DNA of 55,689 nucleotides from an uncultured Corynebacterium sp. (lineage in GTDB: Bacteria; Actinomycetota; Actinomycetes; Actinomycetales; Dermabacteraceae), in the NCBI GenBank assembly GCA_964535185.1, contig CAZHSL010000001.1, forward strand, positions 1-55,689, read 5' to 3'. Shown here in pieces: positions 17,672-28,219 of this stretch. A program made the translations under genes and the position numbers. The first letter of the stretch is position 1, and each line of letters starts with the position of its first letter. The notes beneath the pieces are model-generated. The model saw only the letters and a program-made list of their open reading frames with translations, made no database searches and was not told the origin of the DNA.

Positions 17672-19387
17672 TCAGTCCGCGCCGAGCACTCCGCGCAGCT
17701 CGTCCTTCAGCGACTGAAGGCGTGCGTCGGCGCTGCGGCGGATCTCCCCGATCTGCTCACCGGTCGCGCCGTCGGGCAGCGGCATGACGACCTCGAGGTA
17801 GCACTTGAGCTTCGGCTCGGTGCCGGAGGGGCGCACCACCACCCGGGTGTCGTCCTCGCTGCGCAGCAGGATCCCCTCGGTGGGCGGCAGGCCGGTGGTT
17901 CCCACCGAGCCGCGGGAGAGGTCCTGGTCCTCGACCACGGGGGAGGACAGCAGCGTCGTGGGCGGCGCCTCGCGCAGCCGCTCCATCATCGCGCCGATCA
18001 GGGAGAGGTCCTCGACCCGGATCGAGAGCTGCGAGGTCGAGTACAGGCCGTGCTCGGCGGCGAGCTCGTCGAGCCGGCCGATCAGCGTGGTGCCCTCGGC
18101 CTTCGCCCATGCCGCCATCTCGGCGACCATCAGGGCCGCGGAGAGGCCGTCCTTGTCGCGCACCACCTCGGGCTGCACGCAGTAGCCGATCGCCTCCTCG
18201 TAGCCGTAGACGATCCCGGGCGCGCGGGCGATCCACTTGAAGCCGGTCAGCGTGGCCGGGGCCTCGAGTCCCGCGCTCCGTGCGATCGCCGCCAGCCAGC
18301 GGCTGGAGACGATCGAGCGGGCCAGGACCCCGCGGTACCCGTGCCGGCGCACCATGTGGTCGCCCAGCAGGACGCCCAGCTCGTCGCCGGTGAGCATCCG
18401 CCACGCGCCCCGGTGCGGGTCCCGCACCGCCGCCGCGCAGCGGTCCGCATCGGGGTCGTTGGCGATCACCACGTCGGCCTCGACGGTGCGGGCGAGCTCG
18501 AGAGCGAGGTCGATCGCGCCGGGCTCCTCGGGGTTGGGGAAGGCGACGGTGGGGAAGTCGGGGTCCGGGTCCGCCTGCTTCGCGACGGTGTGCACGTCGG
18601 CGAATCCGGTGCGGTGCAGGGCCGCCAGAGCCGTCTCGGTGCCCACGCCGTGCATCGCGGTGTGCACGATCCGCACCTCGCGCGGCCCCTGCGGAGCCGG
18701 CAGCGTGCTGATCGCCGCGAGGTAGTCCTCGCGCACCCGCTCGCCGAGCAGCTCCACCCCGGACTGCGCGACGGGGATCTCGCGCACCGGGCCGACGGCC
18801 GCGATGCGGGCGGCGATCTGCGCGTCCGACGGCGGCACGATCTGCACCCCGCGCCCCTCGGGAGCGGCGGCGCGCCCGCCCAGGTAGACCTTGTAGCCGT
18901 TGTCCGCGGGCGGGTTGTGGGAGGCGGTCACCACGATGCCGGCGTCCGCCTCCAGGTGCCGCACCGCGAAGGCGACCAGGGGAGTGGGGCCGAAGCGCTC
19001 GAGCAGCTGGACGCGGCAGCCGGCCGCCGTCATGATCTCCGCGGAGCGGCGGGCGAAGTCGTGGGAGCCGTGCCGGGCGTCGTAGCCGATCACCACGTGC
19101 GGCCGGTCCAGGCCCACGTCCAGCAGGAGGTGGTCCGCCAGGCCGCGCGCGGCGCGGGAGACCACGGCGAGGTTCATCCGGTTCGGGCCGGGCGCCATCG
19201 CACCGCGCAGGCCCGCGGTGCCGAACTGCAGGTCGGCCGCGAAGGCGTCGGCGATCTCCTCCTGCGCCGCGGCGCCGCCGTTCTCGGCCTGCTCGAGCAG
19301 GGTCTGGAGCGCTGCGCGGGTCGCCGGATCCGGGTCGTCGCGGATCCAGTCCTCGACGCGCGTGCGCAGTGCCGCCTCGATGCTCAT
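17672..19387 (-). CDS. phosphohexomutase-superfamily enzyme (PMM/PGM-like; probable phosphopentomutase by context)
   Basis: FGTAGLRG, TASHNP, DPDADR, YEEAIG, RPSGTEPKLKCY; ATGA-coupled to the PNP gene. Confidence 0.9.
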   Translation of the reverse strand: MSIEAALRTRVEDWIRDDPDPATRAALQTLLEQAENGGAAAQEEIADAFAADLQFGTAGLRGAMAPGPNRMNLAVVSRAARGLADHLLLDVGLDRPHVVIGYDARHGSHDFARRSAEIMTAAGCRVQLLERFGPTPLVAFAVRHLEADAGIVVTASHNPPADNGYKVYLGGRAAAPEGRGVQIVPPSDAQIAARIAAVGPVREIPVAQSGVELLGERVREDYLAAISTLPAPQGPREVRIVHTAMHGVGTETALAALHRTGFADVHTVAKQADPDPDFPTVAFPNPEEPGAIDLALELARTVEADVVIANDPDADRCAAAVRDPHRGAWRMLTGDELGVLLGDHMVRRHGYRGVLARSIVSSRWLAAIARSAGLEAPATLTGFKWIARAPGIVYGYEEAIGYCVQPEVVRDKDGLSAALMVAEMAAWAKAEGTTLIGRLDELAAEHGLYSTSQLSIRVEDLSLIGAMMERLREAPPTTLLSSPVVEDQDLSRGSVGTTGLPPTEGILLRSEDDTRVVVRPSGTEPKLKCYLEVVMPLPDGATGEQIGEIRRSADARLQSLKDELRGVLGAD

Positions 19388-20241
19388 GCCGAAGCGCCCT
19401 CGTCGCCGCCCGGCGCCGAGCCGCCGCCGGTGATCCGCCGCGCCGTCTCGGCCAGCAGGCGGGAGATCCTGGGGCCCGCCTCCCGGCCGGCCTCGAGCAC
19501 CTCCTCGTGGCTGAGCGCGTCGCCGCTGATGCCCGCGGCGAGGTTGGTCACCAGCGAGATGCCCAGCACGTCCATGCCGGCCTCGCGGGCCGCGATCGCC
19601 TCGAGAGCCGTGGACATGCCCACCAGGTCGGCGCCGATCACCTTCGCCATCTGCACCTCGGCGGGGGTCTCGTAGCTGGGGCCGGAGAACTGCATGTACA
19701 CGCCCTCGTCGAGGCTCGGGTCGACCTCGTGGGCGATGGCCCGCAGCGCCGGGGTGTACAGATCGGTGAGATCCACGAAGTTGGCGCCGTGCAGCGGCGT
19801 GGCGCCGGTGAAGTTGATCTGGTCGCGGATCAGCACCGGGGTGCCCGGGGCCCAGGAGGGGTCGATCCCGCCGCAGCCGTTGGTCAGCACCATGGTGCGG
19901 GCCCCGGTCGCGGCGGCCGTGCGCACGCCGTGGACCGTCGCGTCCACGCCGGCGCCCTCGTAGAAGTGGGTGCGGGCGCCGAGGACCAGCGCGCGGGCAC
20001 CGGTGCCCTCCACCCGGATCGAGCGCAGCGTGCCGACATGGCCCGCGACGGCCGGCGGCCGGAACCCGGGGATCGTGCTCGCATCGGCCTGCCACACGGT
20101 CTCGCCGAGCAGGTCCGCGGCGCCGGACCATCCCGAGCCGAGCACCAGGGCGAGATCGTGGGCGGGGACGCCGCTGGCCTCGGCGACGGCGGCGGCGGCC
20201 TCGCGGGCGAGCTGGTACGGGTCGGAAGCGGAAGACGTCAT
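19384..20241 (-). CDS. punA: purine-nucleoside phosphorylase (trimeric type)
   Basis: LVLGSG, RTHFYEG, GPSYETPAE, VGMST, TNLAAG, HEEV. Confidence 0.93.
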   Translation of the reverse strand: MTSSASDPYQLAREAAAAVAEASGVPAHDLALVLGSGWSGAADLLGETVWQADASTIPGFRPPAVAGHVGTLRSIRVEGTGARALVLGARTHFYEGAGVDATVHGVRTAAATGARTMVLTNGCGGIDPSWAPGTPVLIRDQINFTGATPLHGANFVDLTDLYTPALRAIAHEVDPSLDEGVYMQFSGPSYETPAEVQMAKVIGADLVGMSTALEAIAAREAGMDVLGISLVTNLAAGISGDALSHEEVLEAGREAGPRISRLLAETARRITGGGSAPGGDEGASA

Positions 20242-20320
20242 GGACCGAAGGTAGCGCAGACGGCCCGGCGCACGGGCGAGAACCGCTCCCCGGCGTGCAG
20301 TCTTTGCCACAATGGGGGCC

Positions 20321-21787
20321 GTGACCGATCCCAGCACCGCCCTCCCCTCGGACCCCCGTCGTCTCTCCAGCGCGGGGGACCGCGTCCGGGTGGTGATCAT
20401 CGGCGGCGGCCCCGGCGGGTACGAGGCCGCCCTGACCGCGGCGCGGCACGGCGCGGAGACCGTGCTCGTCGAGGAGCGCGGCATCGGCGGCGCCGCGGTG
20501 ATCACGGATGTGGTGCCCTCCAAGACGCTGATCGCCACCGCCGACGTGCTCGACCTCGTGGGAGGCTCCCAGCAGCTCGGCATCCGCGACGCCGACAACG
20601 GCACCGCCCCCACCGCCCACTCCCTGAACGTCGACCTCGCCGCGGTCAACGCCCGCGTGCGCGAGCTCGCCGCCGCCCAGTCCGTCGACATCCGCTCCAG
20701 CCTGGTCGAGGCCGGCGTACGGGTCGTCGACGGGACGGGCCGCCTGGACGGGCCGCACCGCGTCGAGGTGCTCGGCGGCGACGGGCGGCGGACCGAGAGC
20801 CTCGAGGCGGACGTCGTCCTGCTCGCCGTCGGAGCGCGCCCCCGCGAGCTGGACAGCGCCCCCTGCGACGGCGAGCGGATCCTGAACTGGACCCAGCTGT
20901 ACGAGCTGGACCGCCTGCCCGAGCACCTGATCGTCGTCGGCTCCGGCGTGACCGGTGCCGAGTTCGCCAGCGCGTACCGGGCCCTCGGCAGCGAGGTCAC
21001 CCTCGTCTCCTCACGCGAGAAGGTGCTGCCCGGCACCGATGCGGAGGCGGCCGACGTGCTCGAGGAGGCCTTCGGCCGCCGCGGCGTCACCGTGCGCTCC
21101 CGCTCCCGTGCCGAGACGGCGCGCCGCACCGAGGACGGGGTCGTGGTGACGCTCACGACGGGCGAGGAGATCGCCGGCAGCCACGTGCTGATCGCCATCG
21201 GCGGGATCCCCTGGACCGCCGATCTCGGGCTCGAGACCGCCGGGGTGCGGGTGCGGGACTCCGGGCACATCGAGACCGACCGCGTCTCCCGCACCTCCGT
21301 GCGGGGCATCTACGCCGCCGGCGACTGCACCGGCGTGTACCCGCTCGCCTCGGTCGCGGCGATGCAGGGGCGGATCGCCATGCACCACGCGCTGGGCGAC
21401 GCCGTCTCCCCGCTCATCGCCGCGCAGGTCTCCTCCGCGATCTTCACCAGCCCCGAGATCGCCGTGGTCGGTGTCAGCGAGCAGGAGGTCCTCGACGGCG
21501 AGGTCGCCGGGGAGGTGATGGTGCTGCGCCTGGACACGAACCCGCGCGCGAAGATGCAGGGCCTCACCGAGGGGTTCGTGAAGCTCATCGTGCGGCCCGG
21601 CTCCCACACCGTGATCGGTGCGGTGGTGGTGGCGCCGCGGGCCAGCGAGCTGATCCTGCCCTACACGCTCGCGGTCGCCCACCGGCTCACCGCCGAGCAG
21701 GTCGCGGGCACCTTCACCATCTATCCCTCGCTCACCGGCTCGCTCGCCGAGGTGGCGCGGCAGCGGGTGCTCGCTCCGGACGCCTGA
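20321..21787 (+). CDS. lpdA: NAD(P)H-quinone dehydrogenase, LpdA-like flavoprotein disulfide reductase family
   Basis: GGGPGGYEAA, GSGVTGAEF, YAAGD; redox Cys pair and His-Glu pair absent; GTG 7 nt after TG-C-CACAAT. Confidence 0.85.
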   Translation: MTDPSTALPSDPRRLSSAGDRVRVVIIGGGPGGYEAALTAARHGAETVLVEERGIGGAAVITDVVPSKTLIATADVLDLVGGSQQLGIRDADNGTAPTAHSLNVDLAAVNARVRELAAAQSVDIRSSLVEAGVRVVDGTGRLDGPHRVEVLGGDGRRTESLEADVVLLAVGARPRELDSAPCDGERILNWTQLYELDRLPEHLIVVGSGVTGAEFASAYRALGSEVTLVSSREKVLPGTDAEAADVLEEAFGRRGVTVRSRSRAETARRTEDGVVVTLTTGEEIAGSHVLIAIGGIPWTADLGLETAGVRVRDSGHIETDRVSRTSVRGIYAAGDCTGVYPLASVAAMQGRIAMHHALGDAVSPLIAAQVSSAIFTSPEIAVVGVSEQEVLDGEVAGEVMVLRLDTNPRAKMQGLTEGFVKLIVRPGSHTVIGAVVVAPRASELILPYTLAVAHRLTAEQVAGTFTIYPSLTGSLAEVARQRVLAPDA

Positions 21788-21798
21788 GGGGCAGGACC

Positions 21799-21830
21799 GG
21801 CCCCGAGGGCCGGGGATCCGCCTCGGGGCC
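21799..21830. terminator. hairpin between convergent lpdA and biotin carboxylase genes
   Basis: GGCCCCGAGG-N12-CCTCGGGGCC. Confidence 0.5.
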
Positions 21831-21836
21831 TCCCTC

Positions 21837-23615
21837 TCAGTCCTCGATCGAGCACAGGACGGCACCGGCGGAGACGGTCGCCCCGATCTCGGCGCTGATG
21901 CCCTTGACGATGCCGGAGCGGTGCGCGGTGATCGGCTGCTCCATCTTCATCGCCTCGAGGACGATCAGCAGATCGCCGTCGGCCACGGACTGGCCCTCCT
22001 CGGCGACCACCTTGACGATCGTGCCCTGCATCGGCGCGGAGACGCTGTTGCCGCCGCCCGCGGCCTCCCCGGCCGCGCGGTGCTGGCGCTTGCGGCGCTG
22101 CCGCACGGGGGCCTGGGGCGCACGCAGCGAGGCGGGCAGGCTGATCTCGACCCGTCGGCCGTCCACCTCGACGACCACGGCCTCGCGGTCCTCGGCCTCC
22201 TCGGGCTGGCTCGGCAGCGGCGCGGCCGGCAGGTCGTTGTCGAACTCGGACTCGATCCACGTGGTGTGCACCGAGAACGTCTGCTCGGGATCCTCGGGGG
22301 CGAAGGCCGCGTCCTCGACCACCTTGCGGTGGAAGGGCAGGACCGTCGGGATGCCCTCGATGTGGAACTCGGCCAGCGCCCGGCGGGAGCGCTCGAGCGC
22401 CTCCTGACGGGTGGCGCCGGTGACGACGAGCTTGGCCAGCATCGAGTCGAACGCTCCGGAGACCTCGTCCCCGGCGCGCACCCCGGACTCGATGCGCACG
22501 CCCGGGCCCGAGGGCACGTCGTAGCGCTGGATCCTGCCGGGCGCGGGCATGAAGCCTCGGCCCGGGTCCTCTCCGTTGATCCGGAACTCGAAGGAGTGGC
22601 CGCGGCTGACGGGGTCCTCGTCGAGGATCCGCTCCCCGGCGGCGATGCGCAGCTGCTCGCGCACCAGGTCCACCCCGGCGACCTCCTCGGTCACGGGGTG
22701 CTCGACCTGGAGCCGGGTGTTGACCTCGAGGAACGAGATGGTGCCGTCGATGCCGATCAGGAACTCGCAGGTGCCGGCGCCCACGTAGCCGGCCTCGCGC
22801 ATGATCGCCTTCGAGGAGCTGACCAGCTGCGCGTTCTGCTGGGGGGAGAGGAACGGCGCGGGCGCCTCCTCGACGAGCTTCTGATGGCGGCGCTGCAGCG
22901 AGCAGTCACGGGTGGAGACCACCTGGACGTTGCCGTGCATGTCCGCGAGGCACTGGGTCTCGACGTGGCGGGGGGAGTCCAGGAAGCGCTCGACGAAGCA
23001 TTCGCCGCGGCCGAAGGCGGCGACGGCCTCGCGCACCGCGGAGTCGAACAGCTCGCGCACCTCGGTCTCCTCGCGGGCCACCTTCAGGCCGCGACCGCCG
23101 CCGCCGAAGGCGGCCTTGATCGCGATCGGCAGGCCGTGCTCGCGCGCGAAGTCCACGACCTCGTCGGAGTTCTTCACCGGATCCTTGGTGCCGGCCACCA
23201 GCGGTGCGCCGGCCTTCTGGGCGATGTGGCGCGCGGAGACCTTGTCGCCGAGCTTCTCGATCGCCGAGGGCGGCGGGCCGATCCAGGTCAGCCCCGCATC
23301 GGTCACGGCCTGGGCGAAGTCCGCGCGCTCGGAGAGGAACCCGTAGCCGGGGTGGATCGCGTCGGCGCCGGAGCGGTGGGCGATGTCCAGGATCTTGTCC
23401 ACGACGAGGTAGGAGCTCGCCGCGGTCGTGCCGCCGAGGGCGTAGGCCTCGTCGGCGATCTGGGTGTGCAGGGCATCCCGGTCCGGATCGGCGTAGACCG
23501 CGACGGAGCGGAGTCCGGCGTCCCGGCAGGCCCGTGCGATCCGCACCGCGATCTCCCCACGGTTGGCGATCAGCACCGTGGACAGGGGGCGGGGCTTGGA
23601 GGAGCGAGCGGGCAT
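21837..23615 (-). CDS. acyl-CoA carboxylase alpha subunit (biotin carboxylase plus BCCP)
   Basis: [39 protein letters not shown] biotinylation motif. Confidence 0.95.
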   Translation of the reverse strand: MPARSSKPRPLSTVLIANRGEIAVRIARACRDAGLRSVAVYADPDRDALHTQIADEAYALGGTTAASSYLVVDKILDIAHRSGADAIHPGYGFLSERADFAQAVTDAGLTWIGPPPSAIEKLGDKVSARHIAQKAGAPLVAGTKDPVKNSDEVVDFAREHGLPIAIKAAFGGGGRGLKVAREETEVRELFDSAVREAVAAFGRGECFVERFLDSPRHVETQCLADMHGNVQVVSTRDCSLQRRHQKLVEEAPAPFLSPQQNAQLVSSSKAIMREAGYVGAGTCEFLIGIDGTISFLEVNTRLQVEHPVTEEVAGVDLVREQLRIAAGERILDEDPVSRGHSFEFRINGEDPGRGFMPAPGRIQRYDVPSGPGVRIESGVRAGDEVSGAFDSMLAKLVVTGATRQEALERSRRALAEFHIEGIPTVLPFHRKVVEDAAFAPEDPEQTFSVHTTWIESEFDNDLPAAPLPSQPEEAEDREAVVVEVDGRRVEISLPASLRAPQAPVRQRRKRQHRAAGEAAGGGNSVSAPMQGTIVKVVAEEGQSVADGDLLIVLEAMKMEQPITAHRSGIVKGISAEIGATVSAGAVLCSIED

Positions 23616-23671
23616 CGGCGATGGGTCCTTCCGAGGGGGTCAGCAGAGGTCGAGTGTAGTACCGCGCGGCA

Positions 23672-24415
23672 TCAGCCGTCGGCAGGGTCCGACGGCCCTG
23701 TCCCCGGCGCGTCCTCCCACAGCTCGTGGACGCCCACGGCGATCTCGCCCAGCATCCGGCGCAGCAGGGGCAGGGACAGTCCCACCACGGCGTGGGGATC
23801 GCCCTCGAGGTGCTCGACGAAGGGGCCGCCGCGGCCGTCGATGGTGAACCCGCCGGCCACGCCGAGCGGCTCACCGGTGGCGACATAGGCCTCGATCTCC
23901 TCGTCGGTAAGATCGGCGAAGCGCAGCTCGCAGCTCGCCGTCGCACCGAAGGTGGCCCCGGTGCCGCCGTCGGCCGGGTCGCGGTCGTCGACCAGCCAGT
24001 GCCCGGAGTGCAGGATCCCGGTGCGGCCGCGCATCGCCCGCCAGCGCTCGCGGGCCCGCTGCGGGGTGTGCGGCTTCCCGATCACCTCGCCGTCCAGCTC
24101 GAGCATCGAGTCGCAGCCGAGCACCACGTAGCCGCCGTCGCTGCGGGCGGTCGCGGCCAGGGCCTTCTCCCGCGCGAGCAGCAGCACCTCGTCGGCGGGG
24201 GTGAGGGCGTCCTCCGTGTCCGGGGAGGAGGCGGCCTGCGCGCGGGCCCGCGCGAGGATCGCGTCCTCGTCGAGGTCGACGGGCAGGACCGAGTGCTCGA
24301 TGCGGGCCGCGCGCAGCGTCGCGCGGCGCCCCGCGGAGGAGGAGGCGAGCAGCAGCAGCGGATCGTGGCCCGCGGGGTCGACGGGCCCCTCGTCGGCGGG
24401 GGTCGGAGCGGTCAT
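23672..24415 (-). CDS. maf: Maf family nucleotide pyrophosphatase
   Basis: LLLASSS..RR, GCDS, GKP, TGEP..VAGGF, VVGL. Confidence 0.9.
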   Translation of the reverse strand: MTAPTPADEGPVDPAGHDPLLLLASSSAGRRATLRAARIEHSVLPVDLDEDAILARARAQAASSPDTEDALTPADEVLLLAREKALAATARSDGGYVVLGCDSMLELDGEVIGKPHTPQRARERWRAMRGRTGILHSGHWLVDDRDPADGGTGATFGATASCELRFADLTDEEIEAYVATGEPLGVAGGFTIDGRGGPFVEHLEGDPHAVVGLSLPLLRRMLGEIAVGVHELWEDAPGTGPSDPADG

Positions 24416-26106
24416 CGCAGCGCCTCCTCGAGGACGGACAGCGGCAGGCCGCCGAGCTCGAGGGCTCGACGGTGGAAGTCGCGGGCGGGGGTCCCGGCGG
24501 TCTCGGCATCCTCGCGCAGCCCTTCCCAGACCCGCTGACCGATCTTGTATGACGGCGCCTGCCCCGGCCATCCCAGGTACCGGTTCAGCTCGAATCGCTG
24601 CTCCGCCTCGGTCACGCCCCAGTGGGCGCTCATGAAGTCCCAGGCCTTCTCGACGCTCCAGGCCCCGCCGGCGGAGCCGGCGAGCCCCTCGGGCATGGGC
24701 AGACCGCAGTGCAGGCCGATGTCCAGGACCACGCGGCCCGCCCGCAGCCGCTGCGCGTCCAGCATCCCCAGCCGGTCGCCGTCGTCCGCGAGGTGGCCCA
24801 GCTGGTCCATGAGCCGTTCGGCGTACAGCGCCCAGCCCTCGCCGTGGCCGGAGACCCAGCACATCATCGCGCGCCACCGGTTCAGGGTGGCGGCCTGCAG
24901 GGTCTGGGTGCCGACCTGGAGGTGGTGGCCGGGCACGCCCTCGTGGTAGACGGTCGTGGTCTCCAGCCAGGTGCGGAACTCGGTGGTGCCGGGCGGCACG
25001 TCCCACCACATGCGGCCCGGCCTGGTGAGGTCCTCGCTGGGGCCGGTGTAGTAGATCCCGCCGGAGCCGGTGCGGGCGATCCTGCACTCCAGGTTCCGCA
25101 GCGGCTCGGGGATGTCGAAGTGGGTGCCGGCGAGCTCGTCGATCGCGCGGTCGCTGAGGTCCTGCATCCAGGCCTGCAGCTCCTCGGTGCCGTGCAGCAC
25201 GCGCGCGGGGTCGGCGTCGAGCGCCTGCTTCGCGGCCTCGACCGAGCTGCCCGCGCCGTTGCCGGCGCGCGCGTTGATCCGGGCGGCCACCTCCTCCTGC
25301 TCGGCGACCACGGAGCGCAGCTCCTCGATGCCCCAGGCGTAGGTCTCGTCGATGTCGATCGAGGTGCCCAGGAAGGTGCGGGAGGCCAGCGCGTAGGCGT
25401 CGCGGCCCACGGCGTCCTGCTCGGGGGCGCGCGGGGCGAGGGCGTCGAGCTGGTCGGCGAGGTCGAGATAGCCCTGGGCGGCGGTCCGGGCCGCCGCGGT
25501 CACGCGTGCGCGCTGGGCGTCGTCGCCCACCGCCTCGCGGGCGAAGCTCGTGAAGAAGCCGTCCTCGGCGGCATAGCCGCGGGCCTGCTCCGCGCCGAGC
25601 CGGAGCTGGCGGCGGGCGGAGATCACGCCGTGGTCGGCGGCCTCGCGGAGGGATTCGGCCCAGCTGCTCAGCGAGCGCGGCATCCCCTCCATGCGCTCGG
25701 CGATCACCTGCCAGTCCTCGGCGGTGGCGGTGGGCATCTGGTCGAGCACGTCGCGGGACTGCAGCGGCGAGGCGAGGTTGTTCACCGCGGCGATGTCGAG
25801 CCGCTGCTCGGCGCGTTCGATCTCCAGGCCCAGGCGTTCGGTGAGCGCGGCCCGGGTGACGGTGTCCACGGCGTCCTCGTCCGGCACCTGGGCGGCGCGG
25901 GCCAGCAGGGAGCGGGCGGCGTCGGTGCGCTCCGCGACCGCGGCGGGGGAGTGGTCGGTGACCTCGGCGTCATGGCCGGGCACGCCCAGTGCGGTGGCGA
26001 GGAAGGGGTCCAGGCGCGCGCTGAGATCGACGTACTCGTCGGCGAGGCGATCCAGGGCGGTGGCGGGACGGGCCGCGGCCGGCGGGGCGGGAGGAGTCTC
26101 GGGCAT
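24412..26106 (-). CDS. DUF885 family protein (putative metallopeptidase-like)
   Basis: HEGVPGHHLQ, EGWALYAE, RY..WPGQAPSYKIG. Confidence 0.85.
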   Translation of the reverse strand: MPETPPAPPAAARPATALDRLADEYVDLSARLDPFLATALGVPGHDAEVTDHSPAAVAERTDAARSLLARAAQVPDEDAVDTVTRAALTERLGLEIERAEQRLDIAAVNNLASPLQSRDVLDQMPTATAEDWQVIAERMEGMPRSLSSWAESLREAADHGVISARRQLRLGAEQARGYAAEDGFFTSFAREAVGDDAQRARVTAAARTAAQGYLDLADQLDALAPRAPEQDAVGRDAYALASRTFLGTSIDIDETYAWGIEELRSVVAEQEEVAARINARAGNGAGSSVEAAKQALDADPARVLHGTEELQAWMQDLSDRAIDELAGTHFDIPEPLRNLECRIARTGSGGIYYTGPSEDLTRPGRMWWDVPPGTTEFRTWLETTTVYHEGVPGHHLQVGTQTLQAATLNRWRAMMCWVSGHGEGWALYAERLMDQLGHLADDGDRLGMLDAQRLRAGRVVLDIGLHCGLPMPEGLAGSAGGAWSVEKAWDFMSAHWGVTEAEQRFELNRYLGWPGQAPSYKIGQRVWEGLREDAETAGTPARDFHRRALELGGLPLSVLEEALR

Positions 26107-26169
26107 GCGGGGCAGTCTAATGCGGCGGCCACCCGCTCCCGGGCCGTTCCGGGTTCGCCGCGGACGTGT

Positions 26170-26463
26170 TCAGCGGTCCGAGAACTGCCAGGCGACGGTC
26201 GAGGGGAGGCCGCGCAGGCCGTGGCCGCGAGGATGGCAGTGCACGGCGTCGTTCCAGGCGCCCGCCCCGGCGCCGCGGCCCTCGGCGAGCAGCCGCTCCT
26301 CCGCCTCGAGCCGGCTGGTCACGCTCATCGCCGAGACCACCACCGCGATGGCGGCGAGCTCGTCGTCACGCAGGTAGCCCTGCACCAGCCGCACGTCGGA
26401 GGGGCGCACCGCGAGGGCGTCCTCGGCCGGCGCGGCGGGGCCGGTGGACCTCTCGGAGCTCAC
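26170..26463 (-). CDS. acyl-CoA carboxylase epsilon subunit
   Basis: VQG...[10 protein letters not shown]...W; GTGA-coupled to the beta subunit. Confidence 0.75.
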   Translation of the reverse strand: MSSERSTGPAAPAEDALAVRPSDVRLVQGYLRDDELAAIAVVVSAMSVTSRLEAEERLLAEGRGAGAGAWNDAVHCHPRGHGLRGLPSTVAWQFSDR

Positions 26464-28049
26464 AGCGGGATGTTCCCGTGCTTCTTGGTGGGCAGCGTGT
26501 CGCGCTTGGTGCGCAGCGCGCGCAGCGCGCGGGCCACCTCGAGGCGGGTGTCGGCGGGACGGATCACGCCGTCGATCCAGCCGCGCTCGGCCGCGGTGTA
26601 CGGGGTGGCGAACTGCTCCTCGTACTCGGCCTCGTACCGGGCGCGCGCGGCGTCGACGTCCCCGCCCTGCTCGGTGACCTCCCGCAGGTCGCCGCGGTGG
26701 AGGATGTTCACCGCGCCCTGCGAGCCCATCACCGCAATCTGCGCGGTGGGCCAGGCGAGGTTGATGTCCGCGCCCAGCTCCTTGGAGCCCATCACGATGT
26801 AGGCGCCGCCGTAGGCCTTGCGGGTGATGACCGTGATCAGCGGGACCGTCGCCTCGGCGTAGGCGTACAGCAGCTTCGCGCCGCGACGGATGATCCCGCC
26901 GTACTCCTGGTCCGTGCCGGGCAGGAAGCCGGGCACGTCCACGAAGGTCAGCACCGGGATGTTGTTCGCATCGCACAGCCGCACGAAGCGGGCGGCCTTC
27001 TCCGAGGCGTCGATGTCCAGCGTGCCCGCCAGGTGCGAGGGCTGGTTGGCGATGATGCCCACGCTGTACCCCTCGACCCGGCCGAAGCCCACCAGCACGT
27101 TCTGCGCGAACAGCGGCTGGACCTCGAGGAACTCCTCGTCGTCGAGCACCGCGCGCAGCACCGTGAGCATGTCGTAGGGCTGGTTCGGCGAATCGGGGAC
27201 CAGCGTGTCCAGCGCGGTGTCCGAGGGGGTGAGGTCCTCCTCGAAGGGGACGGGGAACGACGGCGCCGGGCTCAGCGTGTTGGCCGGCAGGTAGCTCAGC
27301 AGGTCCTTGACGTACTCGATCGCATCGGCCTCGTCGGGCGCCATGTAATGGGCCACGCCGGAGCGGGAGGAGTGGGTGCGCGCCCCGCCGAGCTCCTCGA
27401 AGCCGACGTCCTCGCCGGTGACGGTGCGGATCACGTCCGGACCGGTGATGAACATGTGGGAGGTCTTCTCGACCATCACGATGATGTCCGTCAGCGCCGG
27501 GGAGTACACCGCGCCGCCCGCTGCCGGGCCCATGATCAGGGAGATCTGCGGGATCACACCGGAGGCGCGGGTGTTGCGCTTGAAGATCCCGGCGAACATC
27601 GCCAGTGAGGCCACGCCCTCCTGGATACGGGCGCCGCCCCCGTCGAGGATGCCGATGATCGGCACGCCCGTGCGCAGGGCGAGGTCCTGGATCTTCTGGA
27701 TCTTGCGGCCGTGGGCCTCGCCGAGCGAGCCGCCGAAGACGGTGAAGTCCTGCGAGTACACGCAGACCTGCCGGCCGTCGATGGTGCCGTAGCCGGTGAT
27801 GATCCCGTCGCCGTCGGGGCGCTTGCGGTCGATCCCGAAGCTGCGGGCCTGGTGGCGCACGAACCGGTCCGTCTCCACGAAGGAGCCGTCGTCCAGCAGA
27901 TCGGAGATGCGCTCGCGGGCCGTCTTCTTGCCACGGGCGTGCTGCTTCTGCACCGCGACCTCATCAGCGGCGGAGACCGCGGCGCCGTCGCGCTCGCGCA
28001 GGTCCTCGAGTCGCTGGGCGGTGGTGAGCGGCCGCGGAGCGTCGGTCAC
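26460..28049 (-). CDS. acyl-CoA carboxylase beta (carboxyltransferase) subunit
   Basis: [45 protein letters not shown]; GTG with AGGAGG RBS. Confidence 0.95.
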   Translation of the reverse strand: MTDAPRPLTTAQRLEDLRERDGAAVSAADEVAVQKQHARGKKTARERISDLLDDGSFVETDRFVRHQARSFGIDRKRPDGDGIITGYGTIDGRQVCVYSQDFTVFGGSLGEAHGRKIQKIQDLALRTGVPIIGILDGGGARIQEGVASLAMFAGIFKRNTRASGVIPQISLIMGPAAGGAVYSPALTDIIVMVEKTSHMFITGPDVIRTVTGEDVGFEELGGARTHSSRSGVAHYMAPDEADAIEYVKDLLSYLPANTLSPAPSFPVPFEEDLTPSDTALDTLVPDSPNQPYDMLTVLRAVLDDEEFLEVQPLFAQNVLVGFGRVEGYSVGIIANQPSHLAGTLDIDASEKAARFVRLCDANNIPVLTFVDVPGFLPGTDQEYGGIIRRGAKLLYAYAEATVPLITVITRKAYGGAYIVMGSKELGADINLAWPTAQIAVMGSQGAVNILHRGDLREVTEQGGDVDAARARYEAEYEEQFATPYTAAERGWIDGVIRPADTRLEVARALRALRTKRDTLPTKKHGNIPL

Positions 28050-28219
28050 GGAGCCTCCTGCTGCGGCCGGTGGGCCGCCATCTGTTCCGGCGGATGGACA
28101 CCGGGATACTACGCTACCCACGTCCCGCGGCGAGGGCCGGTCCCGTCGCCCCGCGCGCCGCCACGGGCCGACGATCGCGGCACGACGGGAGCCGATGCGG
28201 CAGGACGGAGGGGAGTGTG

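Noticed and set aside
17672-20926. 1084-aa ORF suggesting a large fusion ending in the phosphomutase (similarly the 641-, 704- and 751-aa extended ORFs)
   Set aside because: The N-terminal parts overlap other genes in other frames; real starts are marked by ATGA overlaps, RBS or -10 elements
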